The position numbers and the translations under genes were made by a program. From positions 1 through 64,000 of IMG/VR virus record IMGVR_UViG_3300026484_000351: a stretch of DNA of 64,000 bases, one strand, 5' to 3'. This document shows, in pieces, positions 1 through 9,235 of the stretch. The notes below the pieces were generated by a model that was not told where the DNA came from, searched no databases, and saw only the letters and a list, made by a program, of their open reading frames with translations. Origin of the DNA: a virus. The number at the start of each line of letters is the position of its first letter. Within the stretch, counting starts at the first letter, position 1.

Positions 1-2
1 TA

Positions 3-182
3 ATTAAAGAATGGCTTTACAAAGATGGTGAACGGGCTGCCCGTTTAGAGTATGAGGTGTTGCAAGATAGCATAGAATATCAAGTACACAATCATAAAAT
101 ATCAGGTATTATACCTTCTGGTGGAGGCAGTTCTGAACTAAGAACTATTAATCTATTAGAAACTATAGAAAAATTAAGATAA
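3..182 (+). CDS. 3' end of an ORF entering the window, possibly a GIY-YIG/T5orf172-like endonuclease C-terminus
   Basis: Open frame IKEWLYKDGERAARLEYEVL...GGGSSELRT...EKLR* from position 3; pattern resembles the A..LE....G.TE tail of phage GIY-YIG-like nucleases. Confidence 0.35.
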   Translation: MKEWLYKDGERAARLEYEVLQDSIEYQVHNHKISGIIPSGGGSSELRTINLLETIEKLR

Positions 183-214
183 ATAAGTGTATAATACAAT
201 ATAAAGGAATAGAT

Positions 215-1426
215 ATGAATAAAAATATACCAATAGTAAGAATTTCCAAAAAAGGAGAATTTATTAAAGAATGGCCTTCAGTAAGCCAGGCGATTAGAAA
301 GACAGGTCTTAAAAGTATCGGTGCAGCTTTACAAAGAGTAGACACTTTTTTTGTGGATGGTTCGATGTGGCTATATAAAGACGAATATAAAGATATTGAA
401 GATATTACTATATTTGTTAAGCATTACAAAATGTTAAGATATATAGATAAACGGACTTTTATGAATATAAGACAATATAATAAAGAAGGAGTATTGTTAA
501 ACACTTTCGATACTTTAGAAGAAGCAGTATCAGAAACTGGCTCTAAACAAATCAAGTCAGCCCTTAAAGGATTACAGAAAACTGCTAACGGTTTTGTATG
601 GAAAAGTGATATAGTGACAGACATATACAGAGAAAACATTAGAAACATTCATAATATGGATTTAGATGTTAAAAAAGCTTTTATAGACAAATTTGGAAGT
701 ATAGAAGGTTATTACAGTGCTAAGAAAATTTATGAGAACACTAATTCTTTTGCCCCAAACGGAAATATCTTCGAAACTGAAGCAGGAAAAGAATGGGATG
801 ACAAAGTTCATTTTATTATGAGATGGACTACAGGTAATCACATTAAAAATGCATTCAAGGCTATGAAAATAGATATAACTGACGATAATGTTTCTCAAAA
901 CCTTAAAGAAGGTAATATAGGTACTTATCAGAGAATCGCTAAAGTTTGGTGTGGAGATGGAACTCATGATGATAGAGAACTTGGCTCGGGTAGATGGAGT
1001 GTTAAGCCTAGATTGGCATCTTTTCCTAATACCGGAAATAAGACTATTCCAATTACTAAAAGAGTTGATATCATTAGTAATTGTTCACATCACAATATAG
1101 TATTTTCGACTCTACAGAGGGAAGACAGTTATGCTGTAATTAGTTACATACCTGATGAAGAAGTACTTGGTATTTCTAAGTTACAGAGAATAACTGATTG
1201 GGTGTCACAACGATATTGGCTTCAAGAAGATTTAACCAAAAAGTTATTCGATGAGGTAGCTCTTGTAGCTAAAACAGAATCTGTTTTAGTTGCTTTAATA
1301 AATGTTACTCACGGTTGTGAATCTTTTAGAGGAGCAAAAGCAAACGATGGAGCTTTTACAAGTATGCATTATGGAGGAAAGTTTGAAGATGCGGATATTA
1401 GAAATAGTGTACTAAATAACGCTTAA
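215..1426 (+). CDS. folE: GTP cyclohydrolase I with N-terminal NUMOD1-like repeats
   Basis: C-terminal CSHH, GISKLQRI, LQEDLT and HGCESFRG motifs of FolE; N-terminal ~130 aa has two NUMOD1-like units (KGEFIKEWPSVSQA; QYNKEGVLLNTFDTLEEA...KTANGFVW). Confidence 0.9.
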   Translation: MNKNIPIVRISKKGEFIKEWPSVSQAIRKTGLKSIGAALQRVDTFFVDGSMWLYKDEYKDIEDITIFVKHYKMLRYIDKRTFMNIRQYNKEGVLLNTFDTLEEAVSETGSKQIKSALKGLQKTANGFVWKSDIVTDIYRENIRNIHNMDLDVKKAFIDKFGSIEGYYSAKKIYENTNSFAPNGNIFETEAGKEWDDKVHFIMRWTTGNHIKNAFKAMKIDITDDNVSQNLKEGNIGTYQRIAKVWCGDGTHDDRELGSGRWSVKPRLASFPNTGNKTIPITKRVDIISNCSHHNIVFSTLQREDSYAVISYIPDEEVLGISKLQRITDWVSQRYWLQEDLTKKLFDEVALVAKTESVLVALINVTHGCESFRGAKANDGAFTSMHYGGKFEDADIRNSVLNNA

Positions 1427-1431
1427 ATAAG

Positions 1432-1458
1432 TTTAGGGATGGAGAATCCATCCCTAAA
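1432..1458 (+). terminator. Hairpin/terminator after folE
   Basis: Perfect 12-bp stem TTTAGGGATGGA-gaa-TCCATCCCTAAA. Confidence 0.7.
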
Positions 1459-1559
1459 AGTTGTTATATAACGATTTTATATAATTCTTTGTTATAGTAA
1501 AATTTAATGAGATTTTAGGTAAAATACTATATAATAGTATAAATAAGAAAAGGAGATAA

Positions 1560-2222
1560 ATGAAATATATTATAGATAAAAGCTTTAGCTTTTGTTATGG
1601 ACACAGAGTTCATAACCAGCGTTTAAATACAAAGTTTACAGAATCTGGAAATGCTTGTTTGGCATGTAGACATTTACACGGACACGAAGGTTTGGTTAAG
1701 GTTTTCTTAGAAGAAGATACAGATAGTACAAATGTTGCTGATACTGGAATGGTAACAGATTTTAAACACCTTGGTTGGTTTAAAAATTTCTTAGATGATA
1801 CTTTAGACCATAAATTTATTATGGATTTAGAAGATCCATTGCTATATAATGAACTTGTTCATTATTCACATTCTTTTGCATCAGAAGAAGATTATCAAAA
1901 GTCTACTATAGAATTAGTAAGTAAACAAGTTGCAACAGACGGAACAGTAAAAGGGGTAAGGAAAGACAAATTAGTTGCCCATAAAGAAGGTTTCTATACT
2001 TTAGATTTAAATCGTTTAATTAATGATGGAACACCACACGAAAATGCTAACTTTGAGAAATACGAAGGGATAGTTTTAGTAGATTTTGTTCCTACTTCTG
2101 AAAATTTAACAGCTTGGTTAGTTTCAGTAGTACAAGATAAAATGAAAAATTTATCTGGGGTAAGAGTAAAAGCAGTAGAATATTGGGAAACACCAAAAAG
2201 CCATTGTAGAGTAGAGGCATAA
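1560..2222 (+). CDS. queD: 6-carboxy-5,6,7,8-tetrahydropterin synthase
   Basis: YGHRV, CRHLHGH, GMVTDF, LDHKF, PTSENL and WETPKS motifs. Confidence 0.92.
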   Translation: MKYIIDKSFSFCYGHRVHNQRLNTKFTESGNACLACRHLHGHEGLVKVFLEEDTDSTNVADTGMVTDFKHLGWFKNFLDDTLDHKFIMDLEDPLLYNELVHYSHSFASEEDYQKSTIELVSKQVATDGTVKGVRKDKLVAHKEGFYTLDLNRLINDGTPHENANFEKYEGIVLVDFVPTSENLTAWLVSVVQDKMKNLSGVRVKAVEYWETPKSHCRVEA

Positions 2223-2381
2223 ATGAAAGAATGTGCCAACTGCTACTTTGGTGAGAAATGTAATGTAAAAGAAGGATATACGCATTGTAGAATATATGAT
2301 GCTTCTTTTACTGATGATTCCAGATGTACTAAATACGAAAAGGAAGATAATGTACACAAAAAACAGCAAACTTTATTTTGA
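2223..2381 (+). CDS. Small Cys-rich protein (52 aa, not in ORF track)
   Basis: MKECANCYFGEKC...HCRIY...RCTKY; starts immediately after the queD stop. Confidence 0.55.
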   Translation: MKECANCYFGEKCNVKEGYTHCRIYDASFTDDSRCTKYEKEDNVHKKQQTLF

Positions 2382-2802
2382 GCCTATTGACTTTGAAAAA
2401 GCAGTGGAAGATTTAGAAACAAAAATTCAACTTCATACCAATGTACACTTAGTAACTTTATACAGGGGTGGATTGCCTCTTGGAGTAAGAATGAGTAATC
2501 AGTTGAATCTTCCACTTAGTATATTGGATTATCAGAGATTGGATGGAGATTCTAAAGAAGTTGCAATGATGAAAGACGCAGGAATTAAAACAACAGATGT
2601 AATATATTTGGTAGATGATATAGCAGATGAAGGAATTACAATTACTGAAGCCATAAAGTTCTTACAAAGTGAATATCCAGAAACAGAAATAGTAATCTAT
2701 ACTATATTTGGCAATAGTGGTAAACATCCTAGAGAATGGCAGTACACTTTTAAACATAGTGCCGAGTGGATATGTTTTGGACCTTGGGAGGGCTATAATT
2801 AG
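2350..2802 (+). CDS. Type I phosphoribosyltransferase (xanthine/guanine PRT-like)
   Basis: YRGGLP and PRPP-binding loop LVDDIADEGIT; start at 2350 after an AGGA RBS. Confidence 0.85.
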   Translation: MYTKNSKLYFEPIDFEKAVEDLETKIQLHTNVHLVTLYRGGLPLGVRMSNQLNLPLSILDYQRLDGDSKEVAMMKDAGIKTTDVIYLVDDIADEGITITEAIKFLQSEYPETEIVIYTIFGNSGKHPREWQYTFKHSAEWICFGPWEGYN

Positions 2803-3047
2803 TGGCAATATTAGGAGGAATACTTTTAATTTGTGCTGCCCTTTTAATGTTTAAGGGAAAAATATATGAAGCAAGTATGCTCTATATTGCTGCAGATATT
2901 GCTTGGATTTACTTAGCTTGGTTATCAAGTAATATGATAGGTGCGGCACTTGTACTTATAGGTGGAATACTTAACTTTGGGGTATTTTTAAAAATGCATA
3001 AAGGAATGTTCGTTAAAGATTTAAAGAAAAATAATTCTTATAAATAG
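2802..3047 (+). CDS. Small membrane protein
   Basis: About three hydrophobic helices in 81 aa. Confidence 0.6.
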   Translation: MAILGGILLICAALLMFKGKIYEASMLYIAADIAWIYLAWLSSNMIGAALVLIGGILNFGVFLKMHKGMFVKDLKKNNSYK

Positions 3048-3064
3048 TTTAAAAGGAGTTATTA

Positions 3065-3412
3065 ATGTTTTTAAACGAGCAATTTCAACCTCTTAATGAA
3101 GATTTAAAGTTTGAAGCTTTATCTCAATTAAGAGAAATACAATCCAATCTTGTAGGAATCTCCTTCCTACCAGTTATAGCAATCATGAAACCTGAGAATC
3201 CTTTAAAGAAAGAGGTTTTAGAATTTCAAGATGGGCTAGACGAACTTACAATGAAAATTCAAAACTTTATATCAAGCGCAAAAAATGACATAACTTACGA
3301 TTCTGAAGAAGGTGAAGAACCAGAAGCTGAAGAGCCAGAAGCTGAAGAGCCTACAAGTGACGAAAAAGAAGTAGAAGATTCATCAGAACCTAAAGATAAA
3401 GGAGACAAGTAA
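3065..3412 (+). CDS. Acidic late protein
   Basis: TATAAATA at 3039-3046, AGGAG RBS, EEPEA repeats in the acidic tail. Confidence 0.6.
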   Translation: MFLNEQFQPLNEDLKFEALSQLREIQSNLVGISFLPVIAIMKPENPLKKEVLEFQDGLDELTMKIQNFISSAKNDITYDSEEGEEPEAEEPEAEEPTSDEKEVEDSSEPKDKGDK

Positions 3413-3879
3413 TGTATGACTTTGGCAACAAATCTAGGGAACAATTTAATACTTTACATATTGATTTACAATTGATCCTTAAAGAAGTTATTAGGATATA
3501 TGATTTTAGTATTCTTGAAGGCATTAGAACAACGGTGAGACAACAGGAGTTATTTAAAAATGGCCGTAGTAAACTTGATGGTATCAATAAAAAGTCTAAA
3601 CATCAGGGCAGAAAAGACAAAGATGGAAATATTGTTTCATTCGCTGTCGACATAATGCCATACAAAAAAAATACAAATGCTTTTGAAGATACCGAAGATG
3701 CAAGAAAAAGATTTTATTTCCTTGCCGGTATAATGTTTTCAGTTACACAAAGATTGTTAAAAAAAGGAAAAATATCTCATAACATAAGGTGGGGTGGTGA
3801 TTGGCAAATGGATATGGTATATAATACTAAATCAGAATTTGTAGATTTACCTCATTTTGAGCTTATAAAAGTTAAATAG
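3412..3879 (+). CDS. M15-family (L-Ala-D-Glu) peptidase endolysin
   Basis: EGIRT..RQ..L, SKH, AVDI, RWGGDW and DLPHFEL motifs. Confidence 0.9.
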   Translation: MYDFGNKSREQFNTLHIDLQLILKEVIRIYDFSILEGIRTTVRQQELFKNGRSKLDGINKKSKHQGRKDKDGNIVSFAVDIMPYKKNTNAFEDTEDARKRFYFLAGIMFSVTQRLLKKGKISHNIRWGGDWQMDMVYNTKSEFVDLPHFELIKVK

Positions 3880-3888
3880 GAGACAAAT

Positions 3889-4443
3889 ATGAAAACATTT
3901 AAAGAAATGGCTCTAAATGAAGCCGCGAAAGAGTTGGATAAATACGCTTTAAGAATAGACGAACAATTAACTTATCTTTATATTAATGATAATGAGTTAC
4001 AAGAAGCACTTGAAATACACAATATGGAAGGAATGGAAGATAAAATTTTATTTGTATTTGGTATTAAACAAGATATGGGATTAAATGTATTTGAGGCTGT
4101 TTATGCTCAGAAGGGATATGGTCCTATTGCTTATAAAACAGCAATGCAAATGATGGGGGAAATGGCCCCTTCTCAGGACAGTAGAATTACTAAATCAGCG
4201 CAAAAAGTTTGGGAAGAATTTTTTAGCGGAAAAGGCTCAAAGGATGTAAATAAAGAATTATTTGGAAGTACAGAAGGTAATTGGCAGAGATATACCTATT
4301 CCCTTAAAAAAGAATTAGACTATGTTACGAATATTAAAAATAATGATAACTTTATTGGTAAAGACCCTTATAACGAAAAAACTAATATGCTTAATGAAGT
4401 AGCAGACGGACTTCTTATTAACAGTATGAGAGCCATATATTAA
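3889..4443 (+). CDS. Putative internal virion protein, GNAT-like
   Basis: N-terminus MKTFKEMALNE resembles the T4 capsid targeting sequence; QKGYGPIAY...SAQKVW resembles a GNAT acetyl-CoA motif. Confidence 0.55.
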   Translation: MKTFKEMALNEAAKELDKYALRIDEQLTYLYINDNELQEALEIHNMEGMEDKILFVFGIKQDMGLNVFEAVYAQKGYGPIAYKTAMQMMGEMAPSQDSRITKSAQKVWEEFFSGKGSKDVNKELFGSTEGNWQRYTYSLKKELDYVTNIKNNDNFIGKDPYNEKTNMLNEVADGLLINSMRAIY

Positions 4444-4607
4444 TATAAATATTCTAAAAGGGAGATGGGTATGGGAACATTTAAAGGATCGATGTAATAA
4501 CTGAAGTTGTGAAAACCGGCACAAAAAATACAGAGTATGCTATTAAAAATAGTGAAGATATATAGGAATTTCTTTTGAAGAAGAAACATATAAAAAGGAG
4601 AAGAAAA

Positions 4608-5078
4608 ATGATAACATTTAGTGAATACTTAGTAACAGAAGCAGAAGAGGATAATACTTTTTATGCAAGATCCAATATAGGCAATACAGAAGTACTATAT
4701 CAAGTAGCAATGAGAGCAAAAAGTGCAACTGATTTAGAAAAGGGAATGAAAAAGATGTTCAGTAAATTTCCTGATAGAGAGAAAATTGATTTGAAAAAAG
4801 TTAATTGGAAAAGTATATATACTGAATTAAATGAGGTAGCTCAAGGTACAAGTATACTAATCGAAGGATTTAAAACTAAAGAATACGATGAAATGATGGA
4901 CGGTCTAGATACTGATAAATTTACTAGTGCAATGTATGATTGGTTTCAAGATAATTATCCTGATGCACCAATATATGGTGGAGATGCAACTCCAGATGAA
5001 TTTATTGATTTATTAGACCAAGAAAACGATGGTAAAATGATTAAGAAATTCTATAAAGACATGAAGAAATTTTTATAA
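4608..5078 (+). CDS. Putative internal virion protein
   Basis: Start at 4608 after AAGGAG; N-terminus MITFSEYLVTE is CTS-like. Confidence 0.55.
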   Translation: MITFSEYLVTEAEEDNTFYARSNIGNTEVLYQVAMRAKSATDLEKGMKKMFSKFPDREKIDLKKVNWKSIYTELNEVAQGTSILIEGFKTKEYDEMMDGLDTDKFTSAMYDWFQDNYPDAPIYGGDATPDEFIDLLDQENDGKMIKKFYKDMKKFL

Positions 5079-5084
5079 GAATTG

Positions 5085-5122
5085 CATAAGTCCTTTATAA
5101 ATAAACTTAAAGGATACTTATG
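5085..5122 (+). promoter_or_regulatory. T4-type late promoter inside an RBS/AUG-sequestering hairpin for terL
   Basis: TATAAATA at 5096-5103; CATAAGTCCTTTA pairs with TAAAGGA(ta)CTTATG, covering the SD and start codon. Confidence 0.75.
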
Positions 5123-6142
5123 ACAGGTATATTTGATGAGTTAAAAAAAGCAAATAACAACTTAGAAATAGATGATTTGACTAAGGATAAACTTCTTAGT
5201 CAAATTGACACCCCAAAAAATCAAGAAGGCTTCTACTTAGACGCCTTTGAAAATGTAATTTCATTCAACGGAATTAGGCAATTAAAAAAACCCCACACAA
5301 AATTAAAACTTAACAAATATCAACAACAAGAAATTCTAGCATGTCATAATGACTATTTTTATTTTAGAAGAAATTATTGCAAAATTTTAACTAAATCTGG
5401 TATTGGGAGACCCGAACCAAGAGGTTATCAAAAACGGCTTGAAAATGATCTTGTACAAGGTGATGATGTTATAGCATTCTTCCCAAGGCAAAGCGGGAAA
5501 ACAGTTACCATTGCAACATATTTATTATGGCGAGCACTTACTTCTGAAAATATTAATATCGGAATAGCAGCAAATGTTATGTCACTAGCAACAGAAGTCC
5601 TAGATAAAATCAAGAAAATATATATTGAAATGCCTATTTGGTTACAACCTGGATTAATGAGTTGGAATAAAAGAAGTATAGAACTTGATAACGGTTGTAA
5701 AATCATGACAGCTGCAAGTAATTCAGATGCTTTTAGAGGGTACTCATTATCTATAATGTATGTCGATGAAACGGCCTTTATTAGAAACAATCTTTTTGAA
5801 GAATTTATGGATTCAGTTATGCCTGCTATGTCTGCTATTCAGGATAGCCAGGCTATTTTTTCGAGCACTGCTTCGGGTTTGAATCACTTCTACTGGATGG
5901 TAGAAGGCGCGAGAAAAAAAGAAAACGGTTATAATCTTTGTGAAGCAAAATGGCAAGAAGTCCCTCGTTTTCACAAAGATGGTAGACCAAAAACTCCAGA
6001 AGAATTTAAATCAGAACAAGTAGCAAAGAATGGACAGACTCATTTCGAACAAAATTTCGGTAATTGTGTGGGATATGATACACTTATAGATATAGAAAAT
6101 TTAGGAAGTATAAAAATAGGAGATTTATATAATTTGTTGTAA
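5120..6142 (+). CDS. terL: Terminase large subunit N-terminal (ATPase) part plus 25-aa N-intein
   Basis: PRQSGKT Walker A, YVDETAFI Walker B, SSTASG motif III as in T4 gp17; ends QNFGN|CVGYDTLIDIENLGSIKIGDLYNLL*. Confidence 0.95.
   Translation: MTGIFDELKKANNNLEIDDLTKDKLLSQIDTPKNQEGFYLDAFENVISFNGIRQLKKPHTKLKLNKYQQQEILACHNDYFYFRRNYCKILTKSGIGRPEPRGYQKRLENDLVQGDDVIAFFPRQSGKTVTIATYLLWRALTSENINIGIAANVMSLATEVLDKIKKIYIEMPIWLQPGLMSWNKRSIELDNGCKIMTAASNSDAFRGYSLSIMYVDETAFIRNNLFEEFMDSVMPAMSAIQDSQAIFSSTASGLNHFYWMVEGARKKENGYNLCEAKWQEVPRFHKDGRPKTPEEFKSEQVAKNGQTHFEQNFGNCVGYDTLIDIENLGSIKIGDLYNLL
6065..6139 (+). other. Atypically short N-intein (25 aa)
   Basis: Block A CVGYDTLI followed by IKIGDLY, then stop. 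Confidence 0.9.
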
Positions 6143-6281
6143 AAATAATTAATATTCTCATTAATTATTTGGATAGGAAAAACATAAGTTATGCTAAATT
6201 TGTAGATATAAAGATGAGAAATGGTAGAATTATAAATATAGATAAACCCAAGTGTTAAATTCCAAAACGGAGAAGAAATAA

Positions 6282-7304
6282 ATGAAGATGTGTGTGGATT
6301 GTTCAAAAGAAATTAAAGCCAAAAATAAATCAAATATTAGATGTTATTCTTGTTCAAACAAAATAAGATACAAAGATAAAGAGCATCTTAAAAATATGAA
6401 AGAATCAATTAGAAAATCAAGAAAAAAAGAACTAAATTATGATGGTGATTTGTATGATTTAGATAAGCTTAAGGATGTTTTAAAAAATTTTGATATAAAT
6501 AAATATACAGGCTCAGGGAAAAACAGAACTTTTTATAAAAATGAACCCAAAATAATGTTTTCTTTAAAAAAGCACTCCAACCACCTTGCTTTGAAATATA
6601 GCTATATAAATAGATGTATTTTATCTGATTATACTTTAGTAACAAAGGGTATAGACTTGTGCATTTGTAGTTGCAAGAAAACTTTAAAATGGGATTATTC
6701 TAAAAAATCATTTCAAAAAGCACCAAAATGTTGTAAATTAGGACCTAACTCTATAGAACGCAAAATTTTAGAACATGGTGAAGAAAAGGGTAAAATTATT
6801 TATGAAGAATTTTGTAAAAAAAATGGGGAAGTTAGGAAGGGTTTTTTAAGTTTAGAATACTTTAAAGAGAAATATGATACCCAAGGCCAAGAAGAGTATG
6901 ATAAATATTGGCAATTTAATTTTTCTAAAAGAAAACAAGTAAATTTTAGTAAAATTAGCCAAGAATTGTTTAATAGCATAATCATAAATAAAAAAATAGA
7001 TAAAAGTTATGTTAGATTTGCAACTTTTAATGATAAAGGTGAAGTGAGAATTAATTTTAATAAAAAAGATAAAGAACTGATTGGTGAGTCAAGAGTTTGT
7101 ATGTATTTAGACTTTGTATATAAAGATAAAGTGATCGAATTTGATGGCGCTTATTGGCATAGAAATTCGGAAGAACATGACAAAATAAGAGATGAAATTC
7201 TTAAAAATAAAGGTTATAAAATTTTAAGGATAAAAGAAAAATATTATAAAAAAGATAAAAATAAGGAAATAGAAAAATGTTCAAACTTCTTGATAAACCC
7301 TTAA
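6282..7304 (+). CDS. Free-standing homing endonuclease (Vsr/DUF559-like PD-(D/E)XK C-terminus, Zn-binding N-terminus)
   Basis: CVDC...CYSC N-terminus; YLDF...VIEFDGAYWH...DKIRD...GYKILRIKE C-terminus; lies between the terL halves; TATAAATA at 6231-6238. Confidence 0.85.
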   Translation: MKMCVDCSKEIKAKNKSNIRCYSCSNKIRYKDKEHLKNMKESIRKSRKKELNYDGDLYDLDKLKDVLKNFDINKYTGSGKNRTFYKNEPKIMFSLKKHSNHLALKYSYINRCILSDYTLVTKGIDLCICSCKKTLKWDYSKKSFQKAPKCCKLGPNSIERKILEHGEEKGKIIYEEFCKKNGEVRKGFLSLEYFKEKYDTQGQEEYDKYWQFNFSKRKQVNFSKISQELFNSIIINKKIDKSYVRFATFNDKGEVRINFNKKDKELIGESRVCMYLDFVYKDKVIEFDGAYWHRNSEEHDKIRDEILKNKGYKILRIKEKYYKKDKNKEIEKCSNFLINP

Positions 7305-7594
7305 AAGTAAAGACACCTAATGGTTATAAAACCTTTACAGGAATACAAAAATATACAAAAAAAACTTATTTGTTAATCACTACTATAGGTGAAATAGAAA
7401 CAGCAGAGCTTCATAGATTTGTAGTAGATGGTAAAGAAATCTTTGCAAAAGATTTAAAGGTTGATGACAGTTTACAAACTGAAACAGGTCACACAAAAAT
7501 AAAAAAAATAATTAAAGGTCCCGTCAAAGATGTTTATGATTTAACTAATGTGGATGGAGAGATATATTATACTAATGGAATATTAAGTCATAAT
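7277..7594 (+). other. C-intein (106 aa)
   Basis: Block B-like ETAELHRF, block F VYDL, block G SHN with Thr+1. Confidence 0.9.
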
Positions 7595-8458
7595 ACATTT
7601 TTAGGTTCTTCAGCTACTCTTGTATCGGGAACAGCACTTAAAAATATCACCCCTATGAAAGACGAAGATATAATTTTCAATTCATTATTTGACGGACTTA
7701 AAGTTTATCAAGAAGTAAAAGAAGGCCATAATTATATTTTAACTTCAGACCCTAAACAGGCTGGGATAGATAGTATAGGATTGCATGTTATTGATGTAAC
7801 AAATATTCCTTTTGTGCAAGTAGCATCTGCTAAACTAGATGAAAGTTTTTTAGTTATTCCTAATAGAGTATATGATTTAGGACATTATTATAATGATGCT
7901 TATGTTGTTCAAGAAAATAATATTGAAGCTAATCTTATTAATACTTTGCATGATCAACTGGAATATGAAGGTGAAATTTTTAGAGAAAGGAAAACTTCAG
8001 GTAAAGGTTTTAAGAATATTTGGGGCATCAGAACAACCACAAAAACTAAAAAAATGATGACTTCTTTTCTTAAAAAATTTGTTGAAGATGGTCTTTTAGA
8101 AATAAACGACAAAGCTACACTTGATGAGATGTTTAACTTTATAGAAAAGAAAAATGGAACTTATAGTGCAGAAGAAGGCTATAAAGATGACTTGGTTATG
8201 AGTTTAATGCTTGTGTTTGCACCATTTTTTGATATTAAAAATTGGGATAACTTCAAAGGGTTTAGTTCATTACTTGAGAAACGAGCTGGACAACAAGAAA
8301 AAGAAGAAAAAGAAACTGCTGAGTTTTTAGACTTAGGATTTGCACCTGATGATAATACAACTGTTTCTCCTTTTACTGAGGGTGCATGGGATGAAAATGA
8401 CTTCGGTACGGATGCAATGGAAATGTATCAACAAGATATGGACGATAGAGGTTGGTAA
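7277..8458 (+). CDS. terL: 106-aa C-intein plus terminase large subunit nuclease part
   Basis: Starts MFKLLDKPLKVKTPNG...VYDL...YYTNGILSHN|TFLGSS; then gp17-type nuclease motifs (DP, ENN, TTKTK, DDLVMSL). Confidence 0.95.
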   Translation: MFKLLDKPLKVKTPNGYKTFTGIQKYTKKTYLLITTIGEIETAELHRFVVDGKEIFAKDLKVDDSLQTETGHTKIKKIIKGPVKDVYDLTNVDGEIYYTNGILSHNTFLGSSATLVSGTALKNITPMKDEDIIFNSLFDGLKVYQEVKEGHNYILTSDPKQAGIDSIGLHVIDVTNIPFVQVASAKLDESFLVIPNRVYDLGHYYNDAYVVQENNIEANLINTLHDQLEYEGEIFRERKTSGKGFKNIWGIRTTTKTKKMMTSFLKKFVEDGLLEINDKATLDEMFNFIEKKNGTYSAEEGYKDDLVMSLMLVFAPFFDIKNWDNFKGFSSLLEKRAGQQEKEEKETAEFLDLGFAPDDNTTVSPFTEGAWDENDFGTDAMEMYQQDMDDRGW

Positions 8459-8487
8459 TTTATAAATATTAATAAACGGGGGACAAA

Positions 8488-9225
8488 ATGAATCTTAATC
8501 TTGGAGACAACAGTCACAATAGTGAATATGAATTATTTAGAAGTACTTCCGAAGAACTCATATCAATGTATGGAGTCCCGATAAAATATTTAATAACCGA
8601 AAAAATAAATCAGGATAAAATCTTTGGAGAGCATAGCCATATCAAAATAGATAATGAGGCTATCCACCAACTATATGCTATGCCATCCGCAACAGATATG
8701 TGGGAAGGAGATAGTAATTTATTTAGTAAATTTGGTTTACAAAATTTGGATACTATGAGCATTTTTATTTCTAGAACAGATATGGAAAAAATTCATCCTG
8801 AGATAACTAACAGAGAAGGAAAAGCTACAGTTAATAACCTGCCTAATGGAAATTTAGTTACTTTTGAAAATAATAAAATCATGGAAGTTACTAATTTCGA
8901 ATTGTCAAGCACTGAAACTGGTAATAATAATGTTTTTACTTCAGATAGAGATAAAAATGTTTATAAATTAACTCTTAAATCTTATTTCTACAATTCGGAT
9001 GACACTTCAAAAGCAGATGAAATAACCGATAGCGCAAAATTTGAATATGAAGATTTTGGTAACTTAGATGCTATTTTTAGAGATGACGAAGAGCAAAAAG
9101 AAGAAGTATTAACAAGGTCAGAAACGCCAGTTATGGAAGATGAAGTTATTTATCCTGCTGAAGAACGAGTAAAACCAGTTAGAAGAACAGTAGACGAAAA
9201 TAATCCATTTGGCGATTTCGGATAG
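8488..9225 (+). CDS. Neck/head-completion protein, T4 gp14-like
   Basis: ELISMYG..IKY, DKIFGE and FSKFGL motifs; TATAAATA at 8461-8468. Confidence 0.8.
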   Translation: MNLNLGDNSHNSEYELFRSTSEELISMYGVPIKYLITEKINQDKIFGEHSHIKIDNEAIHQLYAMPSATDMWEGDSNLFSKFGLQNLDTMSIFISRTDMEKIHPEITNREGKATVNNLPNGNLVTFENNKIMEVTNFELSSTETGNNNVFTSDRDKNVYKLTLKSYFYNSDDTSKADEITDSAKFEYEDFGNLDAIFRDDEEQKEEVLTRSETPVMEDEVIYPAEERVKPVRRTVDENNPFGDFG

Positions 9226-9235
9226 GAGAACAAAT

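Noticed and set aside
6140-7280. Group I intron interrupting terL
   Set aside because: No recognisable group I core; both halves have the termini of a split intein and the C-part has its own Met
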